Source of the DNA: Thermoflexus hugenholtzii JAD2
Lineage (GTDB): Bacteria; Chloroflexota; UBA11872; UBA12225
Direction of reading: 5' to 3'
DNA length: 63,146 bases
Assembly: GCA_945865725.1 (NCBI GenBank)
Contig: CAMBEO010000005.1
Location: 1-63,146, forward strand
The notes beneath the pieces are model-generated. The model ran no database searches, was not told the DNA's origin, and saw only the letters and a list, made by a program, of their open reading frames with translations. The position numbers and the translations under genes are program-made. Numbering within the stretch: position 1 is the stretch's first letter; every line of letters starts with the position of its first letter. Positions 27,736-35,835 of this stretch are shown in pieces.

Positions 27736-28686
27736 ATGGTCGAACCGCCACGAGAGATGGTAGGCCCCGCACCGCCCGTGCCGCTCCCGACGAACACGCG
27801 CGTCCACGCCGAGGGCGCGGTCGGCGTCCACCTCAGCAGCTACGTCTGCCGTGCGATCGCCTCGGTCGCGCCCGAGAGCGCGCACGCGGTCGCGATCCAG
27901 CCCGGTCGGGTGGACACCGTCGTCGCGGCCATCATCGAGGCGGTGCATGCGGTCGCGTCGTCGCCGCAACTCGTCGTCATCGGACTGCCCGGCAACGTGG
28001 ACGAGGCGCACGGCTCGGTGAACGCGGCCTCAAACTTGGGCTCGGAGTGGCAGGGCGTCGTGCCCCTGGCGCAGCGCGTCGCGGAACGCCTCGGATGCCC
28101 GGTCGAGTTGCGGAACGACACCGACACGGCGATGCAAGGCGAACGGCGTCGCGGGGCGCTGATCGGGTGCAGCGACGGGGCGCTCGTGACGTTGTCGACC
28201 GGGGTCGGCGTCTGCCTTCTCCGGGATGGGGTGCAGTTCCCGACGGAGCTTGGGCATTCCGTATCGCAGTTCGGCGGGCCGCGGTGCCTCGGGCGCGCGC
28301 ATGCGGGCTGCTACGAGACGTACCTCGGGGGCTGGGCGTTGCCGCTGCGCTATCGCGAGTGGCATCCGGGGTTCGAGGGGACTCACCACTCGCAGATCCC
28401 GGACGACGCGGCGTTCTGGCACGAGTGCGGGCGCCGACTCGGCGACCTGGTGCTGACGATGTGCTTCAGCGGTCAGCCCCTGGAGGCGGTCAGCTTTATC
28501 GGAAGTGTCTCCCTCGCGCGGCAGCACCACCTCCTGCCGGCAGTGCACGAGAGGGTGCGGGAGGAGATTGCGCTCTTAGACACGGTGCCCCGTAGCCTGA
28601 GGGTGACCCCCCTCGGCGAGGCGACGGTGGTCCTCGGCGCGTTCCTGCACGCGCGCGACCTGCTCTTCCCCTTCCTCGCGGCGTAG
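27736..28686 (+). CDS. ROK-family-like protein with degenerate ATP-binding and zinc motifs
   Basis: ROK-like core: VELRNDTDTAMQGE, LSTGVGVCLL, ELGHSV...CLGRAHAGCYETYLGG. The N-terminal DxGGT motif is replaced by VHLSSY. The start is uncertain (ATG 27736 or GTG 27712). Confidence 0.6.
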   Translation: MVEPPREMVGPAPPVPLPTNTRVHAEGAVGVHLSSYVCRAIASVAPESAHAVAIQPGRVDTVVAAIIEAVHAVASSPQLVVIGLPGNVDEAHGSVNAASNLGSEWQGVVPLAQRVAERLGCPVELRNDTDTAMQGERRRGALIGCSDGALVTLSTGVGVCLLRDGVQFPTELGHSVSQFGGPRCLGRAHAGCYETYLGGWALPLRYREWHPGFEGTHHSQIPDDAAFWHECGRRLGDLVLTMCFSGQPLEAVSFIGSVSLARQHHLLPAVHERVREEIALLDTVPRSLRVTPLGEATVVLGAFLHARDLLFPFLAA

Positions 28687-28739
28687 TTGCCCGCAGGGGC
28701 ACGCGCCCTTCCGGACCCAGCCCTGTCCCGCCGGCACCG

Positions 28740-31079
28740 CTATTCCGGCAGCAGCAAGCAGGCGCGAGTACCGCGCGTGCCATCGACGCGGTTCTCGAAG
28801 CTCAGGTGGCCGCGCAACTGCTCCACCGCCAGGCGCTGGATGATCGTCAGCCCGAGGCCAGCATCGCGACCGGCGTCGAACCCGTCCGGGAGGCCGTCCC
28901 CGTCATCGACGACGACCACCTCGATCGTGCCCGTGCCGTTCTCGCTGCCGACGCGCCGCGCCGTCACCGTCACGTTTCCAGTCGTCCGCTGGGAGAAGCC
29001 GTGCTCGATCGAGTTGCAGAAGAGCTCGTTCAGGATCAACGCCAGGAGCGTTCCGCGACGCGCGCCCACGTCGGCGTGCGCGTCAGTGGCAATGAATGTC
29101 ACGCGCGTGTCCCGGGGGAGGAGGTCCGCGATCGCGATGTCCGCAACCCGCCGGGCAATCTCCCCGACCGTCGCCCGGCCCATTTGCGTTCCCGAGGTCG
29201 GCGAGTCCTGAGACAACAGGTCGTGTGCCGCGCTGAGGCTCTCGACCTGCGAGCAGGACACGGCGAGGGTCGCGCGGGCCTCACCGCTGCGGGTGCGCCG
29301 CATCTGCATGCGCAAGAGCGACGCCATCATCTGGAGGTTGTTCTTGACGCGGTGGTGGAGCTCCTGGAGCAGCACGCTCTTCATCTCGAGCGCCTGGCGC
29401 GTCTCGTCGTACAGGCGGGCGTTCTCGATCGCAATCGCGGCGTCGTCGGCGAAGGCGGTCAGCATGTGGATCTGGTCGCTCGTGAACTCGCGCCGTTCCC
29501 GGGTGTAGACCGACACGCCTCCGAGGGCGCGCCCACGGCTCATCACCGGAACCGAGAAGACCGAGCGATACCCCTCCTCGATGACCCAGCGGGCGACGGA
29601 CGGGGCCTGCAGGCGCACGTCCTCCTGGGCATCGAAGATGACGACCGGCTGGCGACTGGCGACGGCGAGGCCGACCGCGCCCTCGCCGACGGGCACGGCG
29701 ATCCCGCGGTAGGCGTCGGACAGGTTGTACGAGGCCGCCATGGTGAGGAGGCCGGTCCGCTCGTCCAGGACGAAGATGCCCGCCATGTCGGTGTTGGTGA
29801 TCTGGGCGGACTGGCGCGCCACCTGGTCGAGCACGTCCTCGAGGTCGAGGGTGGAGACGATGGAGGCGTTGACCCGCTGCAAGGCCTCGAGCTGCCGCAC
29901 CTTCTCCCGGAGCCGCCCGTCCGTCAGGCCGTAGAGGCGGGCATTCTCGATCGCGATGGCGACCTGGCCAGCGACGGCCTCGACGAAGGCGACCTCGTCG
30001 GAGGTGAAGGCCTTGACGGCGCGCGTCATGAGGCCGAGGACGCCGACGAGCTTGTTCGTGGCATCGGCGGACCCCGTGTCGCCGGTCCGGAACAGGATGA
30101 TCGGGACGGAGAGCCACCCGTGGAACTGCTCCTCCTGGAGCGACGGCACGTAGCGCCAGCGCTCGTCCTGCCAGGCGTCCGCGACGGTCACGGGCGTCCC
30201 GTGGCGGGCGGTCCACCCGGTGATGCCCTCGCCGATCGCCAAGCTGTGGCTGCCGACCATGTCGGCGTTCAAGCCGTTGGTCGCGCGAAGCACAAGCTGG
30301 TTGCCCCCTTCGAGGAGGTAGATGTTCGCGGCATCGACGTGGGCGACCTCGCGCACGACGGCGATCGTCTGGTTGAGGACGCGCCCGAGGTCGAGGCTCG
30401 AGTTGATGACGGCGTTGATCCGTTCGAGCGCGGCAAGCTCGGCGACACGCGAAGCGAGGGGGTTAAGGGCGCGGTGCGCGTCACCGGGGGTCCACTCGAC
30501 CGACTGGTAGCCAGCGACCAGGGCCTCGAGGATGACCGGGGCGGCACTTCGAACCGCCCGGACTTCCGGCGCGAACGGTGCCGAGGCGGCGGCGATGCCC
30601 GCAAGGCGTTGCACGGTGCGGCCGACGGCACCGGACAGGGGATCGTCACCGGACAGGGGATCGTCACCTTGGCCCGACGGCCCGCGATCCCGCCCCGTCC
30701 CCCGTGCCTCGGCATGTCTCTCGGCGAGGAGGGTGCCTTCCTGGCGCATGACCCGCCGGAGGTTCCGGAACCCCGAACCGGTCTCGAGCACGAGGATCCG
30801 CTGCCAGCCCGCGAACCGCAAGTCCCGCCCGCGCATCCGTTCGGGCGCGCCATCCGTCAGGCGCCCTGGTGCCTCCGGCCCCGTTTCGGCCTCGTCCGGG
30901 GCATCCGGGCCAGGTTCGAGGAGCCACCTGGTGAAGGCGGCAACCTCATGCGCCGGCGCGCCGCTGCGGGACGGCCCCGCCTCCACGGTCGGGCGTCGCC
31001 AGGCACTTGCCGGGCGAGGGCTACTTGCCGGGCGAGGGCTACTTGCCGGGCGAGGGCTACTTGTGCGGTCAATGGACAT
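28740..31079 (-). CDS. multi-GAF-domain sensor histidine kinase (HisKA_2-type)
   Basis: H-box HHRVKNNLQMMASLLRMQ, N-box ELFCNSIEHG, G1 VVDDGDGLP. Three GAF-like segments lie upstream. The N-terminus carries an (SPRPAS)x3 repeat. Confidence 0.8.
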   Translation of the reverse strand: MSIDRTSSPRPASSPRPASSPRPASAWRRPTVEAGPSRSGAPAHEVAAFTRWLLEPGPDAPDEAETGPEAPGRLTDGAPERMRGRDLRFAGWQRILVLETGSGFRNLRRVMRQEGTLLAERHAEARGTGRDRGPSGQGDDPLSGDDPLSGAVGRTVQRLAGIAAASAPFAPEVRAVRSAAPVILEALVAGYQSVEWTPGDAHRALNPLASRVAELAALERINAVINSSLDLGRVLNQTIAVVREVAHVDAANIYLLEGGNQLVLRATNGLNADMVGSHSLAIGEGITGWTARHGTPVTVADAWQDERWRYVPSLQEEQFHGWLSVPIILFRTGDTGSADATNKLVGVLGLMTRAVKAFTSDEVAFVEAVAGQVAIAIENARLYGLTDGRLREKVRQLEALQRVNASIVSTLDLEDVLDQVARQSAQITNTDMAGIFVLDERTGLLTMAASYNLSDAYRGIAVPVGEGAVGLAVASRQPVVIFDAQEDVRLQAPSVARWVIEEGYRSVFSVPVMSRGRALGGVSVYTRERREFTSDQIHMLTAFADDAAIAIENARLYDETRQALEMKSVLLQELHHRVKNNLQMMASLLRMQMRRTRSGEARATLAVSCSQVESLSAAHDLLSQDSPTSGTQMGRATVGEIARRVADIAIADLLPRDTRVTFIATDAHADVGARRGTLLALILNELFCNSIEHGFSQRTTGNVTVTARRVGSENGTGTIEVVVVDDGDGLPDGFDAGRDAGLGLTIIQRLAVEQLRGHLSFENRVDGTRGTRACLLLPE
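31006..31063 (-). repeat. coding tandem repeat, 18 bp x 3.2 (SPRPAS)n at the histidine kinase N-terminus
   Basis: CTTGCCGGGCGAGGGCTA repeated perfectly three times plus a partial CTTG. Confidence 0.95.
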
Positions 31080-31143
31080 CGGTGTGGCCGTGTTGGGGAC
31101 CGGTCCTGGGAGACCGGTCCCGTGGCGTCGGGATACGGGCGCT

Positions 31144-31200
31144 AGGGTAGCCCCACGGGGTCAGGGTAGCCCCACGGGGTCAGGGTAGCCCCACGGGGTC
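31144..31200 (-). repeat. perfect tandem repeat, 19 bp x 3, spanning the GH3 stop codon
   Basis: AGGGTAGCCCCACGGGGTC x3. The GH3 TGA (31180-31182) is formed at a unit junction. Confidence 0.95.
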
Positions 31201-33096
31201 GTAGGTGGCGCGGACCTGACCACCGGTCGCGAGTTCGACGACGGGAGGGGCTGCCCAAGGCAAGGGCGCGGTCGCGCTCGAGGGGAACGCGCCGGTCGCC
31301 CGCGCGACGTCACCGGCGCGGAGGGTCTCCCGGCCGGTTTCGTCCGGACGATTCCCGGCGGATGGAGCTGGCAAGCGGGCAATCCCGCGCGCATACGGGC
31401 GCACGACCCATCGACCGAGGCGCGAGGCTGGCGCGGTCGCAGGCCCGAGGTGCGCGTCGACCGGAGGGAGCCCGTCCGGCTCGGCGTCGGCAGGCGCATC
31501 GCTGGCGGCCCATCCGTTAGCCAGCAGCCAAGCGTCCACCACGTGGCGTGGCATGCCGGCGGCGAGGATGGCGTCGAACCCGTCAAGCAGCTCGCTTTCG
31601 CCGTCGACGGGGCGCCACCGCAGGAGGCCGCCTTCGAGGAGTTGCACGACGTCGTCACCGAGGGCGAACCGACGCGAGAGCGGGAGCCCCAGGCGCACCG
31701 CGCCACCCAGGTTGACGTAATCACGGTAGAGCATGATGCCCTGCTCGTCGGTGATGGTGAAGCCCGAGCCGATGCCGGGCGCGCGCGTGCCGATCTCGAC
31801 GGGTGCGGGGAAGAAGCGCCCGTCGGCCCCGTCCGGCCCGGCGCGGAAGGCGACGGCAGCGGCGAGGCGCTCCCCGCGCCATGCCTCGACGCGCCGGGCG
31901 GCCCCCGCGCTGAGCAGGCCGAACGAGGACTTGAGGTGCAGGACGCGCGCGAGGGCGCTGGCGAGGCGTTCGCCGGCAAGCGAGCCGTCGGCACACGCCG
32001 CCTCGAGGCCCTCGACGACGGACCGGTGTTCCGCGGGAGAGTAGTCGGAGAGGATCAGGTCCACCCCGGCCGTGAGGGCCGCGATCGCGGCATCGACGAC
32101 GTCACGCTCGTCGGAGACCGCGCGCATCTTCAACTCGTCGGTGATGACGACGCCGGCGAAGCCGAGGTCCCGGCGCAGGAGGCCATTGACGACGGGTCCG
32201 GAGAGGGACGCGGGAGCGGTCGGGTCGATCGCGGGCACGAGGACGTGGCCGACCATCACCATGCCCGGTCCACCGGAGCGGAGGGCCTCGGCGAACGGGC
32301 GCAGGTCTTCCGACCTCAGTCGTTCCTGGTCGTGGGCGAGGACGGGCAGGAGGAGGTGGGAGTCGCCGGTGGCGCGCCCGTGACCGGGGAAGTGCTTGAG
32401 GACGGGCACGATGCCCCCGGCGCGCAGGCCATGGGCGTACGCGGTCGCCAGCGATGCGACGGCAGGCGCGGTGGACGCGAACGCGCGGGAGCCGATGAAG
32501 CCCCCGGACGGCAGGCTGATGTCCGCGACGGGTGCGAGGTTGACGTTGATGCCGAGCGCCCGGAGGACGGCGGCGTCCGCCTCGCCACGGGCGGTGACGC
32601 CCGCCTCGCCGCCACCGGCGAGCTGTGCCGCCGACGGGGTCGGGCCGGTGATGGCGCGGAGGGCGTTGACGGTGCCGCCCTCGAAGTCCGTGGCAATGAA
32701 CGGGTCGATCCCGGCGGTCGCGGCGCGCGTCGACGCGTGGATGCCGCCGACAAGGGCAGACAGCTGGTCGCGGTCCTGGACGTTGCGCCCGAGGAGGAAG
32801 ACGCCGGCGGGGGCGGTTTCCTCGACCCGGGCGCGGAGGGCGTCCGAGAAGGTGGTCCCGGAGATGCCGAGGACCAGGAGTTGCCCTACCCGCTGGCGTA
32901 CCGACCAACCGTCGGCGAGGTGCAGGAGGTCGGCGTGGTCGGCGTCTGCTCCGACCAGCGGCGCGCCGGCGAGGGGCGCATCGCAGCGCAAGGGGGCGGC
33001 GCTTGCCGTGTGGGCAGGGACTGACGAGGCGGCAATGATCGCCAGCGCGCCGGCCGCACGCGCGGCGCGGCTGACCCACGTGCGGGCATCGTTCAT
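31180..33096 (-). CDS. secreted glycoside hydrolase family 3 (NagZ/beta-N-acetylhexosaminidase-like) with a C-terminal LGFP-like module
   Basis: KHFPGHGRATGDSH and VVITDELKM. Signal peptide MNDARTWVSRAARAAGALAIIAASSVPAHTASA. ATG at 33096; the longer ORF is read-through of the repeat array. Confidence 0.8.
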   Translation of the reverse strand: MNDARTWVSRAARAAGALAIIAASSVPAHTASAAPLRCDAPLAGAPLVGADADHADLLHLADGWSVRQRVGQLLVLGISGTTFSDALRARVEETAPAGVFLLGRNVQDRDQLSALVGGIHASTRAATAGIDPFIATDFEGGTVNALRAITGPTPSAAQLAGGGEAGVTARGEADAAVLRALGINVNLAPVADISLPSGGFIGSRAFASTAPAVASLATAYAHGLRAGGIVPVLKHFPGHGRATGDSHLLLPVLAHDQERLRSEDLRPFAEALRSGGPGMVMVGHVLVPAIDPTAPASLSGPVVNGLLRRDLGFAGVVITDELKMRAVSDERDVVDAAIAALTAGVDLILSDYSPAEHRSVVEGLEAACADGSLAGERLASALARVLHLKSSFGLLSAGAARRVEAWRGERLAAAVAFRAGPDGADGRFFPAPVEIGTRAPGIGSGFTITDEQGIMLYRDYVNLGGAVRLGLPLSRRFALGDDVVQLLEGGLLRWRPVDGESELLDGFDAILAAGMPRHVVDAWLLANGWAASDAPADAEPDGLPPVDAHLGPATAPASRLGRWVVRPYARGIARLPAPSAGNRPDETGRETLRAGDVARATGAFPSSATAPLPWAAPPVVELATGGQVRATYDPVGLP

Positions 33097-33098
33097 TG

Positions 33099-33555
33099 CC
33101 CTCTCCCGCCGCAGCGGGGGAGGGATCGCGTACGCGGATAACGATGGTGGGGGTGGTGCTTCCCTCTCCCGCCGCAGCGGGGGAGGGACCGCGTACGCGG
33201 ATAACGATGGTGGGGGTCGTATCGGGGCTGGGGTGGTGCTTCCCTCTCCCGCCGCAGCGGGGGAGGGATCGCGTACGCGGATAACGATGGTGGGGGCGTC
33301 CTGCTTCCCTCTCCCGCCGCAGCGGGGGAGGGACTGAGGGTGGGGGTGGTGCTTCCCTCCCCCGCCGCAGCGGGGGAGGGATCGCGTACGCGGATAACGA
33401 TGGGGGGGGCGTCCTGCTTCCCTCTCCCGCCGCAGCGCGGGGCGCTTGCGGCCAATGCAGGCGGATAACGATGGTGGGGGACGATGGTGGTGCAACCCTC
33501 TCCCGCCGCCGCGTGGGAGTTTTCAACCGCGTACGCGGATAACGATGGTGGGGGC
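33099..33555 (+). repeat. largest repeat array: 7 head-to-tail modules (C, C, C, A, C, B, F/C)
   Basis: Units start at about 33099, 33154, 33233, 33297, 33347, 33410 and 33481. All share one orientation. The array begins 3 nt upstream of the GH3 ATG. Confidence 0.95.
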
Positions 33556-33568
33556 ATCCGCTGTCCGG

Positions 33569-35653
33569 CTATCGCCTGGTTGCCGTGACCCGGAAGTCGA
33601 CCGGCAGTTGCGTCGCCGGGACCATCGGCGAGATCGCCACGATCACCCGCGTCACGGTGCGGCCAAAGTCCGGAACGACGAGCGTGCCACTGGCGCGACC
33701 GTCGGCGCCACGTGCCATGGGGATCACCTCGACGCGCGTCGCCCCGGTCCCTTCCACGATCGCGCGTGACGCCCACTCGACGGAGACGGCATTGGTCGTC
33801 TCCACGAAGCCGAGCGACCGCCAGCCGGCATCGGTCCCAGTGGACGCTCCCCTCCCCGTCATGCGGAGGTTGGTGATGGCGAGGCCGGGCCCGTGAAAGG
33901 CTTGGTCCGTGACTTGGAAGACGCGGACCTGGGCGACCTTCCCGGCCGCCGCGGCGAGATCGAACCGCATCGGTAGCCATTGCGGTGCGCTGCCGTCGCC
34001 GCTGCGCCCGGTCAGCGCGTGACCGGGGTTCTGGCCAACCGGGTTCGCCTCGGTCGTGCCCGTCCCGGCAACGGTCCGCCACGTGCAACCGCCGTCGAGG
34101 GAGAGCGCGACGCCGGCATGGTCGTAGTCCGCCTCGAGGTCCCAAGCGGCGTCGAACTCAAGGGCCGGCATCGCCGCGCCACGCAGGTCGACCACGAGCG
34201 ACAGGGTTGCGTTTACCTCGTCCGCCGGGTAGGCCCACCAGAAGTTGCCGCCGCCCGGAGGCTCGTCCGCGACGGCACGCGCGGTGGCGTCGCCGTCGAT
34301 CCGGAGCTCCAGGTCCCCGCCGTCCGGGGGACCGGTCGGCACGACCTCGAGCACGCGCGCGCCGTACGGGGCGAGGGCGCCACTGGCGGTCGCGGGCGCG
34401 ATCGCGTCCCCGACCACCATGCGCTCCGACGGCGCGCCGCGTTCCGCGAGGGTCGGCAGGTGATCAAAGGCAAAGCGCCCGTCGCCGATGCCCGGGTCGT
34501 CGAGGACGGTGGCCACGAGGAAGTCGGCGAAGAGGTCGTCGAATGTCGATGGGGCCGCCGGCGTTCCCGGCGGCCGGGCCGGGACCGGGCCGGCGAAATA
34601 CCGGTCGATCACCTGGGTCGACGTGCCCGAGGTCTCGATGATGGCGCGCAACCGGTCGTTGCCTCCGGCTCGGAACCCGAGGTACCGGACGATCAGCGAG
34701 GCCGCGCCGTAATGCGGTACGGCATCCGAGGGGCGGATTGCCCACCCGGTCACCGGCGTTTCGAGGCGATGCAGGTACGAGCGCACCGGCGCCGTCTGCG
34801 GATGTCCGGCCAGGGCCATCGCCAGTTCCGATGCGCCCTCGTTCAGCCACGAGTCCTGCTGCGGGTGGCGGACGAAGTGGAGGAAGTGCTGTACCTCGTG
34901 CGCGAGGACGCCGTCGAAGGACGGGTGCCCCGGCCGGTGGACATCGCTGTTCATGTAGACCATCACGCGCTCGTTCGAGTGCGGCGAGATCGAGGCGGGG
35001 ACAAGGTCGCTCGAGCTGAAGTACCCGCCGACGCCGGGGACGTGGCCACTGAAGACGGTGACGCGCGACGGCGACGGCATCGGGCCGAACGTCGCTTCGA
35101 GCGCCGGAAGCGTGACCCGCTCGAACGTCTCGACGGTGGACGTGACGGCCTCGGGCGCGACGCGCACCCCGTCCTCCACGTAGAGGAGCAGGTGGTCGGA
35201 GACAGCCCTCAGGGTTGCCTGGGCGTCCATGTACGTGCGACGGCGCTCGTCCAGGACCTTGAAGCGGCGCGGCTCGCCAATCGCAGCGTCGTGCCAGAAT
35301 GGCACCGGCGTCGGCATCGGGTCGGTGCACGTCCCCTTTAGCTGCCGGGCGAGGGCGATCTCGTCCCGTGCCGGGGGCGTCTCCGTCGACAAGAAGCGGC
35401 GGGTGCGGTCCGCCGCGATCGCAAGCTGGTTGGTGTCAAGCTGGACAGGCGTCGCCCCGGCCTCGGCGCCGGTGCGAGGTGCGACGGGGGCCGCGATGAG
35501 GGCGCACGCGAAGGTGGCGGCGACGAGGCTCCACGCGAGGGGTGCCATCCTTTGGCCTGGGCCGGGACGGGGGCGCGAACCATCGACCATGCGCGGGAGC
35601 ATATCCGTGGGGCGATCGGGCGCGGGGGCCGGCCGTCCCGTTTTTCGCGCCAT
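33569..35653 (-). CDS. secreted MA-clan zinc metalloprotease (Peptidase_MA_2-like)
   Basis: VLAHEVQHFLHFV...WLNEGASE gives HExxH plus a downstream Glu. N-terminal signal-like segment MAPLAWSLVAATFACALIAAPVA. Alternative start at 35548. Confidence 0.65.
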   Translation of the reverse strand: MARKTGRPAPAPDRPTDMLPRMVDGSRPRPGPGQRMAPLAWSLVAATFACALIAAPVAPRTGAEAGATPVQLDTNQLAIAADRTRRFLSTETPPARDEIALARQLKGTCTDPMPTPVPFWHDAAIGEPRRFKVLDERRRTYMDAQATLRAVSDHLLLYVEDGVRVAPEAVTSTVETFERVTLPALEATFGPMPSPSRVTVFSGHVPGVGGYFSSSDLVPASISPHSNERVMVYMNSDVHRPGHPSFDGVLAHEVQHFLHFVRHPQQDSWLNEGASELAMALAGHPQTAPVRSYLHRLETPVTGWAIRPSDAVPHYGAASLIVRYLGFRAGGNDRLRAIIETSGTSTQVIDRYFAGPVPARPPGTPAAPSTFDDLFADFLVATVLDDPGIGDGRFAFDHLPTLAERGAPSERMVVGDAIAPATASGALAPYGARVLEVVPTGPPDGGDLELRIDGDATARAVADEPPGGGNFWWAYPADEVNATLSLVVDLRGAAMPALEFDAAWDLEADYDHAGVALSLDGGCTWRTVAGTGTTEANPVGQNPGHALTGRSGDGSAPQWLPMRFDLAAAAGKVAQVRVFQVTDQAFHGPGLAITNLRMTGRGASTGTDAGWRSLGFVETTNAVSVEWASRAIVEGTGATRVEVIPMARGADGRASGTLVVPDFGRTVTRVIVAISPMVPATQLPVDFRVTATRR

Positions 35654-35660
35654 CGGCGGG

Positions 35661-35835
35661 CGCGTACGCGGAGGATGCCCCCACCCTCAGTCCCTCCCCC
35701 GCCGCAGCGGGGGGAGGGATCGCGTACGCGGAGGACGATGGTGGTGCTTCCCTCTCCCGCCGCAGCGGGGGAGGGACTGAGGGTGGGGGTCCTTCCCCCC
35801 TTCCCCGCTGACGCGGGAGTTTTGAGGAGCGGGGC
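35661..35835. repeat. hairpin-repeat mosaic (chimeric A-reverse/C-forward, A, F)
   Basis: CCCCCACCCTCAGTCCCTCCCCCGCCGCAGCGGGGGGAGGGATCGCGTACGCGGAGGACGATGGTGG; then an A module at 35741-35789; then CCTTCCCCCCTTCCCCGCTGACGCGGGAGTTTTGAGGAGCGGGG. Confidence 0.9.

Noticed and set aside
33099-33555. Reading the large repeat arrays (33099-33555, 18622-18970, 37201-37489) as CRISPR arrays.
   Set aside because: The units are contiguous or separated by other repeat modules rather than by unique spacers of constant length. Unit types are mixed, the same modules are dispersed singly across the window, and no cas genes are present.
32102-34145. Long ORFs running through the repeat arrays (for example 33093..34145, 32102..33526, 18601..18972, 37221..37601, 35552..35821) that encode peptides such as [12 protein letters not shown] and SRRSGGGTEGGG.
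   Set aside because: They translate the hairpin repeats, which happen to lack stop codons in several frames. The same peptides recur wherever a module occurs, in both orientations. They overlap better-supported genes and have no start or RBS context.
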